NCBI GenBank assembly: GCA_043811535.1
Contig: JBDRNC010000037.1
Span: forward strand, 32,001 to 96,000
From: Elusimicrobiota bacterium
Lineage (GTDB): Bacteria; Elusimicrobiota; Endomicrobiia; Endomicrobiales; JBDRNC01
Reading direction: 5' to 3'
Length of the DNA stretch: 64,000 nt
Shown here: one piece after another, positions 8,718-17,900 of the stretch
Position numbering within the stretch: position 1 is the stretch's first letter
How the letters are laid out: each line of letters begins with the position of its first letter
The notes under the pieces: model-generated
Told to the model about the DNA's origin: nothing
Databases searched by the model: none
The model's input: the letters and a program-made list of their open reading frames with translations, nothing else
Made by a program: the position numbers and the translations under genes

Positions 8718-11700
8718 ATGAATAAAACTTTTCTTTGTTGTGTAGTTGTATTTTCGGCGATTGCGGTGGCCTGTGCCCAGCCCGCGGGTTGGAAAGTGAC
8801 GGCGTCATCTTTTGAGAAGGACCTGATGAAACCCGAAAACGTGCTGGATGAGAATATGCAGACGCGCTGGTCAAGCGAATTTTCGGACCCACAGTGGCTG
8901 CAGCTTGACTTCGGTAAATCCAAGGATATCTGCGGCCTTGTGATAAACTGGGAAGCGGCCTACGGAAAAACATACGACGTGCAGGTGTCGGAGAGCGGCA
9001 CGAAATGGGAAACTGTATACTCGGTCGTTGACGGCGACGGTTCCACGGATGATATATTCTTCGCAAAGACAAAAACAAGATACATAAGGATCTTCGGCAA
9101 GGAAAGGGGCACTTCATGGGGCTATTCCGTATGGGAAGTAAAGGTGAGAGGGTCGGAGAGCGTACCGGTGGTTGATTCGTCGTCAAAGATTAAAGGATGC
9201 GAAGCCGAAAACATCTTTGACGGAAAAATGGAGACGGGCTGGAAGAGCGCGCCCGGAGACGAAGAATGGTTATCGGTCGATCTCAAGGCACCTAAACAGA
9301 TTGGAGGCCTTGAGATATATTGGGGAAACGATTACGCGCGCGAATATGAAATACACGGATATTCAGGCGACAGCTGGAAGAGCCTTTTCACGACATCAAA
9401 AGGCAACGGAGGCAAGGACACGGCTTACATGGACATGGTTACGGTCTCAAAGATCAGGATTTCAATGATAAAAAGCAGCGGCTCGGGCTATGGAATACAG
9501 GAAATTATTTTCAAGGGTCCGGACGAAGCGGCAACCCCGCAAAAGACCTTTGAACTGGCGGCGATGGAAGCGCCGGTCGGATATTACCCGAGATGGTTGG
9601 TAAAGCAGCAGGTTTACTGGACGGTGCTCGGAGTGGACAGAGACCCCGCAGAATCACTTTTCAGCGAGGACGGGGCGATAGAGCCTTTCTTTCACAGTTT
9701 TTCAATAGAACCATTCCTGTACATTAACGACTCGCTGATTTCATACGGACAAGCCGAAGTAAGCCAGTCCCTTGAAAAGAGCTATCTCCCCATCCCGACG
9801 GTCACATGGAAAACCGGTGGGCTGGAATTCAGGCAGACGGCGTTCGCGGCCGGGGAGCTGGGCGAATCGGGCAGTTACGTTAGATACACGATTGAAAATA
9901 AAACGCCGGACGAGATTAATGGCAAACTCTTTATCGCGGTAAGGCCCTTTCAGGTCAATCCCCCGTGGCAGTACGGAGGTTTAACTGAAATCAGAAGCAT
10001 CAAGTTTGACAAGACTACCTTTCCCGCGGTTTTTGTTAACGGCACCGCCGCCGTCGTGTCTTTCAGCGAACCTTCTGGTTTCGGCGCGCAGAAAACGGAA
10101 GACGGCGAGGTCGTGGAGACCCTGAAATTGGGCTTACTGCCTCCCCTGCAGGAGCTGACCGACAAGGATAAGTACGCCTCGGGTGCGCTTGAATACGCTT
10201 TTACAATCCCCTCAGGTGGGATTAAGGAATATTATTCTTACGTACCGATGTACAAGGCAAGCATTCATGAAGAGGTTCCTGCGGGCAAAACGCTGGGCGA
10301 ATATTTCAACACGCTGCTTCAGGCGAATATAAAGACATGGGAGACGCGGCTTGATACAATCAAGATAGGCATACCCGAAAAAGAAATAATAGACGCAATG
10401 AAGACCCACCTTGCGTACATACTTATAAACCGCGACGGGCCTCTCGTTCAGCCCGGCCCCCGCAACTACCAGCGCTCATGGATGCGCGACGGCGCGATAA
10501 TCAACGCGGCTCTGTTGAGAACGGGTTTCGCCGCCGAGGCCAGGGAATACGTTGATTTCATGGTAACGATGCAGGAGCCCGACGGTTTTGTGCCGTTCAT
10601 GGTAGAGGTCAACAAGATGCCGGACTGGGCCAGGAGCTGGACGGAATACGACAGCCAGGGTGAGTTCGTTTACGCGATAATGGATATCTATCGTTTCACG
10701 AACAAAAAAAGCATATTGAAGAAGTACATGCCTGCGGCGAAAAAGTCCATGCAGTACATCAGGATGCTCAGGAATACGCGGATGACCGAGGAGTATTCAA
10801 ACGGCCCGGATGACATGAAAAAATTCTACGGGCTCGTGCCGCCGTCCAACAGTCATGAAGGTTACTTTCCCGCGGTGCACAGCTACTGGGACGACTTTTT
10901 TACGCTCAAAGGCTGGAAAGACATGGCCGAGATGGCGGGAATACTCGGCGACAAGGACACCAAAACATGGGCGAATGATCAGACCGCGGATTTTAGAAAG
11001 ACGTTCTACGATTCAATGCGGCTCGTGATGCAGTTGAAGAATCTCGACACCTTGCCGGCATCGGCCGACTATGCCGATTTTGACCCTACTTCCACGTCAA
11101 TCGGTTTGTTCCCGTGCGAAGAATACGACTTCATACCGCGTCCGCAGCTGGATAACACTTTTAATAAATACTACGAGGAGACCTTCCTGCCGAAACTGAA
11201 ATCCGACTGGAAGGGCGGCTATACGCCTTACGAACAGAGGAACGCGCTTTCGTTCCTTATAATGGGCCAGAAGGACAGAGCGCTTGCGATGGTCAGGTAT
11301 TTCGTCTCCGCGTCGCGCCCGCGTGCGTGGAACGAACTCGCGGAAGTAGTTTTCGACAATTACAGGCACCCGCAGTACATCGGCGATATGCCCCATACAT
11401 GGATAAGCGCGGAAGTAGTCAGCACGATACGCAGCCTGTTCATATACGAGAACAAGGACACGCTTGAGCTTGCGAAGGGCGTGGACGGAAAATGGCTCAG
11501 GGAGGGCGATGGAGTCAGTGTATCGAACGCGCCGACATACTGGGGTAATGTCAGTTACACCGCTAAACAGGAAGGCGACATGTTGAAAATAAATGTTTCC
11601 GGTAAAGTAAAACCACCGAACGGGTTTTCGTTCGCGCTGCCGGAAGACGAAAAACTCAAGGAACTGAAAATCAACGGTAAGACGATACAAGAGATCGCTG

Positions 11701-11762
11701 GCGGCGAGATCAAATTCAGTAAACTGCCCGCAGAGATAATTGCCGTACTGGAGAGGAAATGA
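8718..11762 (+). CDS. Secreted protein with two F5/8 type C domains and a C-terminal (alpha/alpha)6 glycoside hydrolase-like domain
   Basis: Signal peptide; two discoidin repeats; QPGPRNYQRSWMRDGA, EYDSQGE, SHEGY, HSYWDDFF, GDMPHTW. Confidence 0.75.
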   Translation: MNKTFLCCVVVFSAIAVACAQPAGWKVTASSFEKDLMKPENVLDENMQTRWSSEFSDPQWLQLDFGKSKDICGLVINWEAAYGKTYDVQVSESGTKWETVYSVVDGDGSTDDIFFAKTKTRYIRIFGKERGTSWGYSVWEVKVRGSESVPVVDSSSKIKGCEAENIFDGKMETGWKSAPGDEEWLSVDLKAPKQIGGLEIYWGNDYAREYEIHGYSGDSWKSLFTTSKGNGGKDTAYMDMVTVSKIRISMIKSSGSGYGIQEIIFKGPDEAATPQKTFELAAMEAPVGYYPRWLVKQQVYWTVLGVDRDPAESLFSEDGAIEPFFHSFSIEPFLYINDSLISYGQAEVSQSLEKSYLPIPTVTWKTGGLEFRQTAFAAGELGESGSYVRYTIENKTPDEINGKLFIAVRPFQVNPPWQYGGLTEIRSIKFDKTTFPAVFVNGTAAVVSFSEPSGFGAQKTEDGEVVETLKLGLLPPLQELTDKDKYASGALEYAFTIPSGGIKEYYSYVPMYKASIHEEVPAGKTLGEYFNTLLQANIKTWETRLDTIKIGIPEKEIIDAMKTHLAYILINRDGPLVQPGPRNYQRSWMRDGAIINAALLRTGFAAEAREYVDFMVTMQEPDGFVPFMVEVNKMPDWARSWTEYDSQGEFVYAIMDIYRFTNKKSILKKYMPAAKKSMQYIRMLRNTRMTEEYSNGPDDMKKFYGLVPPSNSHEGYFPAVHSYWDDFFTLKGWKDMAEMAGILGDKDTKTWANDQTADFRKTFYDSMRLVMQLKNLDTLPASADYADFDPTSTSIGLFPCEEYDFIPRPQLDNTFNKYYEETFLPKLKSDWKGGYTPYEQRNALSFLIMGQKDRALAMVRYFVSASRPRAWNELAEVVFDNYRHPQYIGDMPHTWISAEVVSTIRSLFIYENKDTLELAKGVDGKWLREGDGVSVSNAPTYWGNVSYTAKQEGDMLKINVSGKVKPPNGFSFALPEDEKLKELKINGKTIQEIAGGEIKFSKLPAEIIAVLERK

Positions 11763-11887
11763 CGAGAAAATCGATGGTCGCTTTGATTGCCACGGCGCTG
11801 TGTCTCTGCTTGTCTCAGTCATGGGCGAGTGAGTGGTCTGCCCCGTTCAAAATTGTACCAGTAATGCGTATGAAAATTTTATTGTAA
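11759..11887 (+). pseudogene. Truncated secreted protein (signal peptide only), cut by an IS end at 11834
   Basis: ATGA overlap with the upstream stop; MTRKSMVALIATALCLCLSQSWA-SE then reads into the inverted repeat. Confidence 0.55.
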
Positions 11888-12027
11888 AATAAACAAGAAA
11901 TTGTAAATATGTTTTCAATATATGAACTAGTACCTAAATTAAGGATTATTAAATTTCAAGTATTATTGATGTTTTTGTGAGTAAAAACAGCAATTTGAGT
12001 GGTACAATATTATGATGGGGCAGTCCA
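11834..12027. mobile_element. 194-bp non-autonomous IS3-like element (MITE or deleted IS)
   Basis: TG...CA ends; left IR TGGTCTGCCCCGTTCAAAATTGTACCA versus reverse complement of right IR TGGACTGCCCCATCATAATATTGTACCA; AT-rich interior; no target duplication seen. Confidence 0.7.
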
Positions 12028-12117
12028 ACGAATTTGATAGAGCCGCAGTTAACCTTCTTTGCCCTAAAGATTGTCATGAAGTGGAGACTTTCGGGTAAAA
12101 GTAATAAAGTGCGTGAA

Positions 12118-12147
12118 TTGACTACTATCAAAAACATATTGTATAAT
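12118..12147 (+). promoter_or_regulatory. Sigma70-type promoter upstream of tRNA-Leu
   Basis: TTGACT-18 bp-TATAAT. Confidence 0.65.
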
Positions 12148-12156
12148 GAACAATCT

Positions 12157-12213
12157 TTGAAAAACGCCGGGGTGGCCCCGAATAACGCTTCGCGTATACG
12201 GGGTAAACTCCAC
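12157..12213 (+). repeat. 57-bp exact copy of 5330-5386 (tRNA 5' start plus palindromic insert)
   Basis: TTGAAAAACGCCGGGGTGGCCCCGAATAACGCTTCGCGTATACGGGGTAAACTCCAC is present at both sites. Confidence 0.9.
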
Positions 12214-12298
12214 AAAGTCCCTTCGGGACTTGTTCCTTAGTTGTTGCAGTTTGGTCTTTAATTGATAACTGGTAATTGCCCATTGTTAATTGAAAAAC

Positions 12299-12384
12299 GC
12301 CGGGGTGGCGGAACTGGCAGACGCACAGGACTTAAAATCCTGAGCCCCTCAGGGGGCGTGAGAGTTCAATTCTCTCCCCCGGCA
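12299..12384 (+). tRNA. tRNA-Leu(UAA), CCA not encoded
   Basis: Acceptor GCCGGGG/CCCCGGC+A; anticodon arm CAGGA-CTTAAAA-TCCTG; long variable arm; GTTCAA T-loop. Confidence 0.95.
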
Positions 12385-12512
12385 GTAGATTTTCGCGAAG
12401 CGAAAATCTACGAAGCCCCGATTTATCGGGGCGGTCAACTTTCAAATTTCTAATTTCGCATTTACTAGATACGAAATACGAGATACCAGATACTGTTTTT
12501 AAGGGAGTATTT

Positions 12513-12797
12513 ATGCAAGAACGCAGGACGAGAGACGACAGAAGAAGCGGCATTGACAGAAGAAAAACTAATATTCCCGTGGCTGTGAACAGACGGGCAA
12601 GCGGGGAGCGGCGGAGCGGTAAAGACCGCCGGTTGGACAAGGATAGAAGAGTATTTTGGGATAAAAGATCGCCCATAAACAGAAGGAAGGTCGCGGACAG
12701 GCGGAAGGTCATTATCCCGGTAATACCTGACCAGAGAACAGGCAATGACCGGCGCGGAGGCCATGAACGCAGGTTGCACCGCAGAAGGCTTAAGTAA
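12513..12797 (+). CDS. Small Arg-rich protein built from [DEN]RRxxx repeats
   Basis: AAGGGAG RBS; 94 aa with 13 period-6 ERR/DRR/NRR-type units in three blocks. Confidence 0.75.
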   Translation: MQERRTRDDRRSGIDRRKTNIPVAVNRRASGERRSGKDRRLDKDRRVFWDKRSPINRRKVADRRKVIIPVIPDQRTGNDRRGGHERRLHRRRLK

Positions 12798-12846
12798 TTT
12801 AATGTTACAGGAAATCCTAAAGAAAGCAAGGTTGAAAAACATATAG

Positions 12847-13746
12847 ATGGTTATTGAATTAATTGAGAGGATTGTCATGCCCGGCAGGCAGAAAGACACG
12901 TTGATAGATTTTGATTCGATAGAAAAGAATCTGGAACATGTACACCAGTTGAATTTGGGCGTGAAACAGATCCCGATAGACAAGATAGTCGGCAGCCTGG
13001 GCAGGTACCAGGATTTTAACGATAAGTTCCTGCCCCACCCGGAACGGCTGAGCGAGAAATACCAGAGCGTGAAACGCGCCATCGATGCCGGGATAATACT
13101 CCCGCCGATCAAGGTTTATCAGATACTGGATAATTATTTCGTGATAGACGGCCATCACCGCGTGACGATCGCGAAGAACGAGTTGAATGCTCCTGATATA
13201 GACGCTGAGGTGATCAAGATAGGGTTTGACATTGAATTGTCGTCGAATAAAAAATTCGCTTACAACACTGAACGAGCAAAAGATTTCCTTATTAAACTCC
13301 AGCAGGAGGTCTTTCAGCGCGAAACATTGCTGAAGAACAGCATGCTCATATATCCGCTCAACGTTACGGACCTTACGGGTTACGGCAAGCTGCTGGAAGA
13401 GATAGAAGGGTTCAGGAATAGCTTCAATGACGGGGAATACGCGAAAAAACCTATCATTTACGCGAGCCACATCTGGTACGAAACTAGGTTTCTTCCGGCA
13501 GTCAGGATAATACTCGAGGAAGAGGTATTGAAGGATTATCCAAACCGCACTTACACTGACCTGTACATATGGCTGCAGCAGCACAAGTATTTCTTGAGCC
13601 AGCGAGCGGGATATGACGTCGGTTTTGATTTCACCGCTACTGATTTCAAGAAGAAAAAAACAAAAAGGCATCCGGTTTTTGACCTTCTGCCGCCGGTGGT
13701 GAAGGACATATTAAGGACAATAAAAGCGGAGATAGAGAAAATATAA
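12847..13746 (+). CDS. ParB/Srx-like N-terminal domain protein with a DUF4032-like C-terminus
   Basis: IPIDKIVGS.GRY.DF...FLP, LPPIKVY...YFVIDGHHRV, RTYTDLYIWL..HKYFLS. Confidence 0.7.
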   Translation: MVIELIERIVMPGRQKDTLIDFDSIEKNLEHVHQLNLGVKQIPIDKIVGSLGRYQDFNDKFLPHPERLSEKYQSVKRAIDAGIILPPIKVYQILDNYFVIDGHHRVTIAKNELNAPDIDAEVIKIGFDIELSSNKKFAYNTERAKDFLIKLQQEVFQRETLLKNSMLIYPLNVTDLTGYGKLLEEIEGFRNSFNDGEYAKKPIIYASHIWYETRFLPAVRIILEEEVLKDYPNRTYTDLYIWLQQHKYFLSQRAGYDVGFDFTATDFKKKKTKRHPVFDLLPPVVKDILRTIKAEIEKI

Positions 13747-13765
13747 ATGTGTTCGAGGTCCCCTC

Positions 13766-14500
13766 TTGAAAATCCTGGCTGTGTCGGACGAGACCAGTAA
13801 TACGCTTGAAAGCATGGTTGTCCGTTCATCCGAGAAACTGAAGGATATAAACCTTATCCTCGCGTGCGGAGACCTCGATAGAGATTATATGGAATTCCTT
13901 GTCGACGGGCTGGACAAGGAATTTTTCTTTGTGTCGGGCAATCACGTCCAGGAAGAGGATGATGAGACATACCTTGGCTTTGAAATAATCGACAGGTTGT
14001 GGGACACGATAAAAACATCGGCCGAAAAAATAATAAAATGCATTGCCGGGCAGGAAGACCTACACGGCAGGGTATCGGTCTTCCGTGACTATCTGATAGC
14101 TGGTTTCGGCGGTTCAAGATGGTACAACGGCAGGGGCAACCAATTCAAGGAAAGCGAAATGGCGCGTGTCGTAAATAAAGTAATAACAAAAATCCGGTTT
14201 TTCAGAATGCATGACAAACTGTTAGGTCTGAAACGTAAGGAAATAATCGTAATATCACACGCCCCGCCATCCGGAGTGCATGACCAGAGCGACCTGCCGC
14301 ACACGGGGTTCAAGTGCTTCCATAAACTCATCAAGAAAATGTCGCCCCTGCTCTGGCTGCACGGGCATGTTCACTTGCAGAATGCCCGGCAAAGCCAGAT
14401 AACCATGGCCGGCAATACTACCGTAGTAAACTGCTGCGGTTACAAGTTCATAAAGGTGGAAAGAAAAAAGATCCAGGTTTCCAATAAGTACGATATATAA
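13766..14500 (+). CDS. Calcineurin-like metallophosphoesterase (Icc-related)
   Basis: KILAVSD, CGDL, SGNH, SHAPP and LHGHVH motifs; TTG start after GAGG. Confidence 0.85.
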   Translation: MKILAVSDETSNTLESMVVRSSEKLKDINLILACGDLDRDYMEFLVDGLDKEFFFVSGNHVQEEDDETYLGFEIIDRLWDTIKTSAEKIIKCIAGQEDLHGRVSVFRDYLIAGFGGSRWYNGRGNQFKESEMARVVNKVITKIRFFRMHDKLLGLKRKEIIVISHAPPSGVHDQSDLPHTGFKCFHKLIKKMSPLLWLHGHVHLQNARQSQITMAGNTTVVNCCGYKFIKVERKKIQVSNKYDI

Positions 14501-14528
14501 CGACAGTATCTAGTAAAGACGAAAATCC

Positions 14529-14557
14529 TTGACAACAAGACCTTAAAGTAGTACAAT
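14529..14557 (+). promoter_or_regulatory. Sigma70-type promoter of tRNA-fMet
   Basis: TTGACA-17 bp-TACAAT. Confidence 0.8.
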
Positions 14558-14586
14558 AACGGACGCTTAAATAGAATTTACTTAAT

Positions 14587-14660
<74 letters not shown>

Positions 14661-14670
14661 TATTTTTTCT

Positions 14671-14708
14671 GGCGACAGGCAGACGGTATGCCCGTCGCTT
14701 TTTGTTTT
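14671..14708 (+). terminator. Likely intrinsic terminator after tRNA-fMet
   Basis: GGCGACAGGCA...TGCCCGTCGC stem followed by TTTTTGTTTT. Confidence 0.6.
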
Positions 14709-14901
14709 AGCAGTAATGAAGTCAGGTTTCCGTCATAACGGCATGGCGGATTTCGCCCCGGAGGCTCAACTTTCATTTAATGAAACACATTGAAATATTC
14801 ATCGTAAAATGGTTAAATAGATAGACATAAATGCGAGAAATTCGGTATAGAAGCGGGTGTTCGGCTTTCACTGGATTTAATTGATAAAAGGACATATTCA
14901 C

Positions 14902-17900
14902 ATGAAAGAAATGATTTTTTCGGAAAAAAACCCGTTATGGTATAAAGACGCCGTTATATACGAGCTTAATGTCCGCACTTTCTGCGACAGCAATGACGAC
15001 GGCATCGGCGACTTCAAAGGGCTTAAAAGCAAGCTGGATTATATAGAAGACCTCGGCGTGACGGCTATATGGCTTCTGCCTTTCTATCCGTCCCCTCTCA
15101 AGGACGACGGGTACGATATATCGGATTACTGCAACGTCAATCCGGATTACGGGACGCTGCGCGATTTCAGGGAGTTCCTTGCCGCCGCGAAGGAAAAGGG
15201 GCTGCGCGTGATCACGGAACTTGTGCTTAACCATACTTCCGGCGAGCACGCGTGGTTCAAGCGTTCCAGAAAAGCTCCCGAAGGTTCGCCGCTCAGGGAT
15301 ATGTACGTATGGAGCGATACGCCCGATAAATACCGCGACGCGAGGGTTATATTCAAGGATTTTGAAAGTTCCAACTGGACGAGAGATCCGGTTTCAGGCA
15401 AATATTTCTGGCACAGGTTCTATTCGCATCAGCCCGACCTGAATTTCGACAACCCGCTTGTGCAGAAAGAGTTACTCAAGGTCATAGATTTCTGGCTGGA
15501 GATGGGCGTCGACGGGCTGCGGCTGGACGCAGTGCCGTACCTCTTCGAGCGAGAAGGGACCAACTGCGAAAACCTTCCCGAAACGCACGAATTCCTAAAA
15601 AAGCTGAGGAGCCACGTCGAAGGCAATTACAGAGACAAGATGTTGCTTGCCGAGGCCAATCAATGGCCGGAGGACGCGGCGCGTTATTTCGGCGACGGCG
15701 ACGAATGCCACATGGCGTTCCATTTCCCGCTGATGCCGCGGATGTTCATGTCGGTCCAGATGGAAGACAGTTTCCCTATCATAGATATACTCCAGTCCAC
15801 CCCGAAAGTGCCCGACGCCTGCCAATGGGCCATATTTCTCAGGAACCACGACGAGCTTACGCTTGAGATGGTGACTGACGAGGAGAGGGACTACCTGTGG
15901 AGGTTCTACGCCAAGGACCCGCGCGCCAAAATAAACGTCGGCATCAGGCGTCGGCTGGCCCCGCTTCTCGGTAACAACCGCAGGAAAATAGAACTTATGA
16001 ACCAGCTCCTCTTTTCGCTGCCCGGCACGCCGGTTATCTATTACGGCGATGAGATAGGCATGGGCGACAACTTCTACCTCGGAGACAGGAACGGGGTCAG
16101 GACGCCTATGCAGTGGTCTCCGGACAGGAACGCCGGTTTCTCAAAAGCGAACCCGCACGGGCTGTGCCTTCCTGTGATAATAGATTCGGAATATCATTAC
16201 GAGGCGCTGAATGTTGAAACGCAGGAGAAGAACCTTTCGTCGTTCCTGTGGTGGACCAGAAGGGTGATCGCGATGAGAAAGAAATTTAAGTCTATCACTC
16301 TCGGCAGCATGAAAGTCATCCAGCACGGCAACACGAAAGTCCTGGCTTTCATACGCCAGTACGAGAATGAGATAATGCTTTTTATTATAAATCTTTCAAG
16401 GTTCTCGCAGGTCGCCGAGATTGACCTGTCCGAGTTCGCGGGATACATCCCGGAGGAAGTGTTCAGCCAGAACAAGTTCCCAGTTATAGAGAAAAAGCTT
16501 TACGTGCTTACCATGGGGCCTCATAACACGTTCTGGCTCCTGCTGAAGAAAGAGACGGCGACGGATGCAGCGGCGGAAGACAAGGGCTTGCCGGAAATAT
16601 CCGTGAAGGGTAAATGGGAAAGTATTTTCAAGGGGAGGGAGAAGGATAACTTCCTGAACAAGGCCATTATTCCTTACATAAAAAGGAGCAGATGGTTCGC
16701 TTCAAAATCAAAGATAGTTAGACGTTTCAGGATAGCCGATGAATTCTATTTTAAGAAAAATAATTCCTTTTCCGTAATATTCTTGGTGGAAATGGAATAT
16801 AACGAAGGAGTCCCGGAAACCTATGTCGTGCCGGTTTCGTACTGCCTTCAGGAGAATTTCACAGTGACCGCGAGCGAGTTTCCCCAGTCGATGATTGCCG
16901 GTGTTGCGTCTGCTGACGGGAAGGGCGTTCTCTACGACGGCTTCTATGACGAGGAATTCCGCTCGGAACTCCTGAATATCACGGTCAGGATGAAAAATAT
17001 ATCCGGAGAGAATGGCGTAATTTCGGGCGTGCGCGGGGAAAGAGTCAAGGAGCTTATGGGAGAGAAAGGGCTTTCTCTTACTTCAACGGTGCTGAAGACC
17101 GATCAGAGCAACTCTTCGGCTGTTTACGAGAAGAACCTGATAATAAAACTATACCGCAAGCTGGGCGAAGGAGTGAATCCGGAAGCGGAAATACTGAAAA
17201 ATCTTACAGAAAAGGGCCAATTTAAGAATATTCCTGAATATGCCGGAACGCTGGAATACAGGGCCGGCAAGAACTCGGTTTACACGCTGGCGATGCTGCA
17301 GAGCTATATCGAAACCTCAAGCGACGCGTGGAAATACACGGGTACCGTGCTTGATTCCTATTTTGACCACGTGCTTTCAAAGAAAACGGAGCTGGCGCCG
17401 CCTCAGCAGAAGGAGGGTTCCGTCAAGACAGAGCCGGCGGAAGCATTGAAACCGCAGCCATCTATTGAAGAACTTGTCGGAGGCATGTACGTCGAGATGG
17501 CCGCTTTACTCGGGAAACGTACGGCCGAAATGCACATGGCGCTTGCCCAGAATATCGATGATCCCGTTTTTGCCCCGGAACCGTTCTCGCTGCTTTACCA
17601 GAAATCGCTGCACCAGTCCATATACAGCCAGATAAGAAGGACATTCGGACTGCTGAAAAAGAACATCGCGAAGATCCCTGAGAATTTACGGGCGGAGGCC
17701 GAAGAAGTGCTCGCCTCCGAACCCGCGCTCGTTTCAAAACTGAACATGATAGTCGCAAAGAAGATCTCGGCCGACAAGATACGCATACACGGAGATTATC
17801 ACCTTGGGCAGGTGCTCTACACCGGCAAGGATTTCATAGTGATAGATTTTGAAGGCGAACCGGCAAGGGCCTTGAGCGAGCGCAAGCTGAAGCAATCGCC

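Larger units (their letters stand above)
5433..12339. mobile_element. Putative genomic island integrated at tRNA-Leu(UAA), no integrase gene
   Basis: Flanked by a duplicated tRNA 5' half and leader; contains IS remnants, truncated genes and AT-richer segments. Confidence 0.6.

Noticed and set aside
12028..12100. Possible HNH remnant (NLLCPKDCHE) after the IS end
   Set aside because: Only about 22 codons and a weak motif; cannot be supported.
12847..13746. Chromosome partition gene parB
   Set aside because: No ParA neighbour, no evident HTH, and no parS palindrome noticed; only the ParB/Srx catalytic-type fold is supported.
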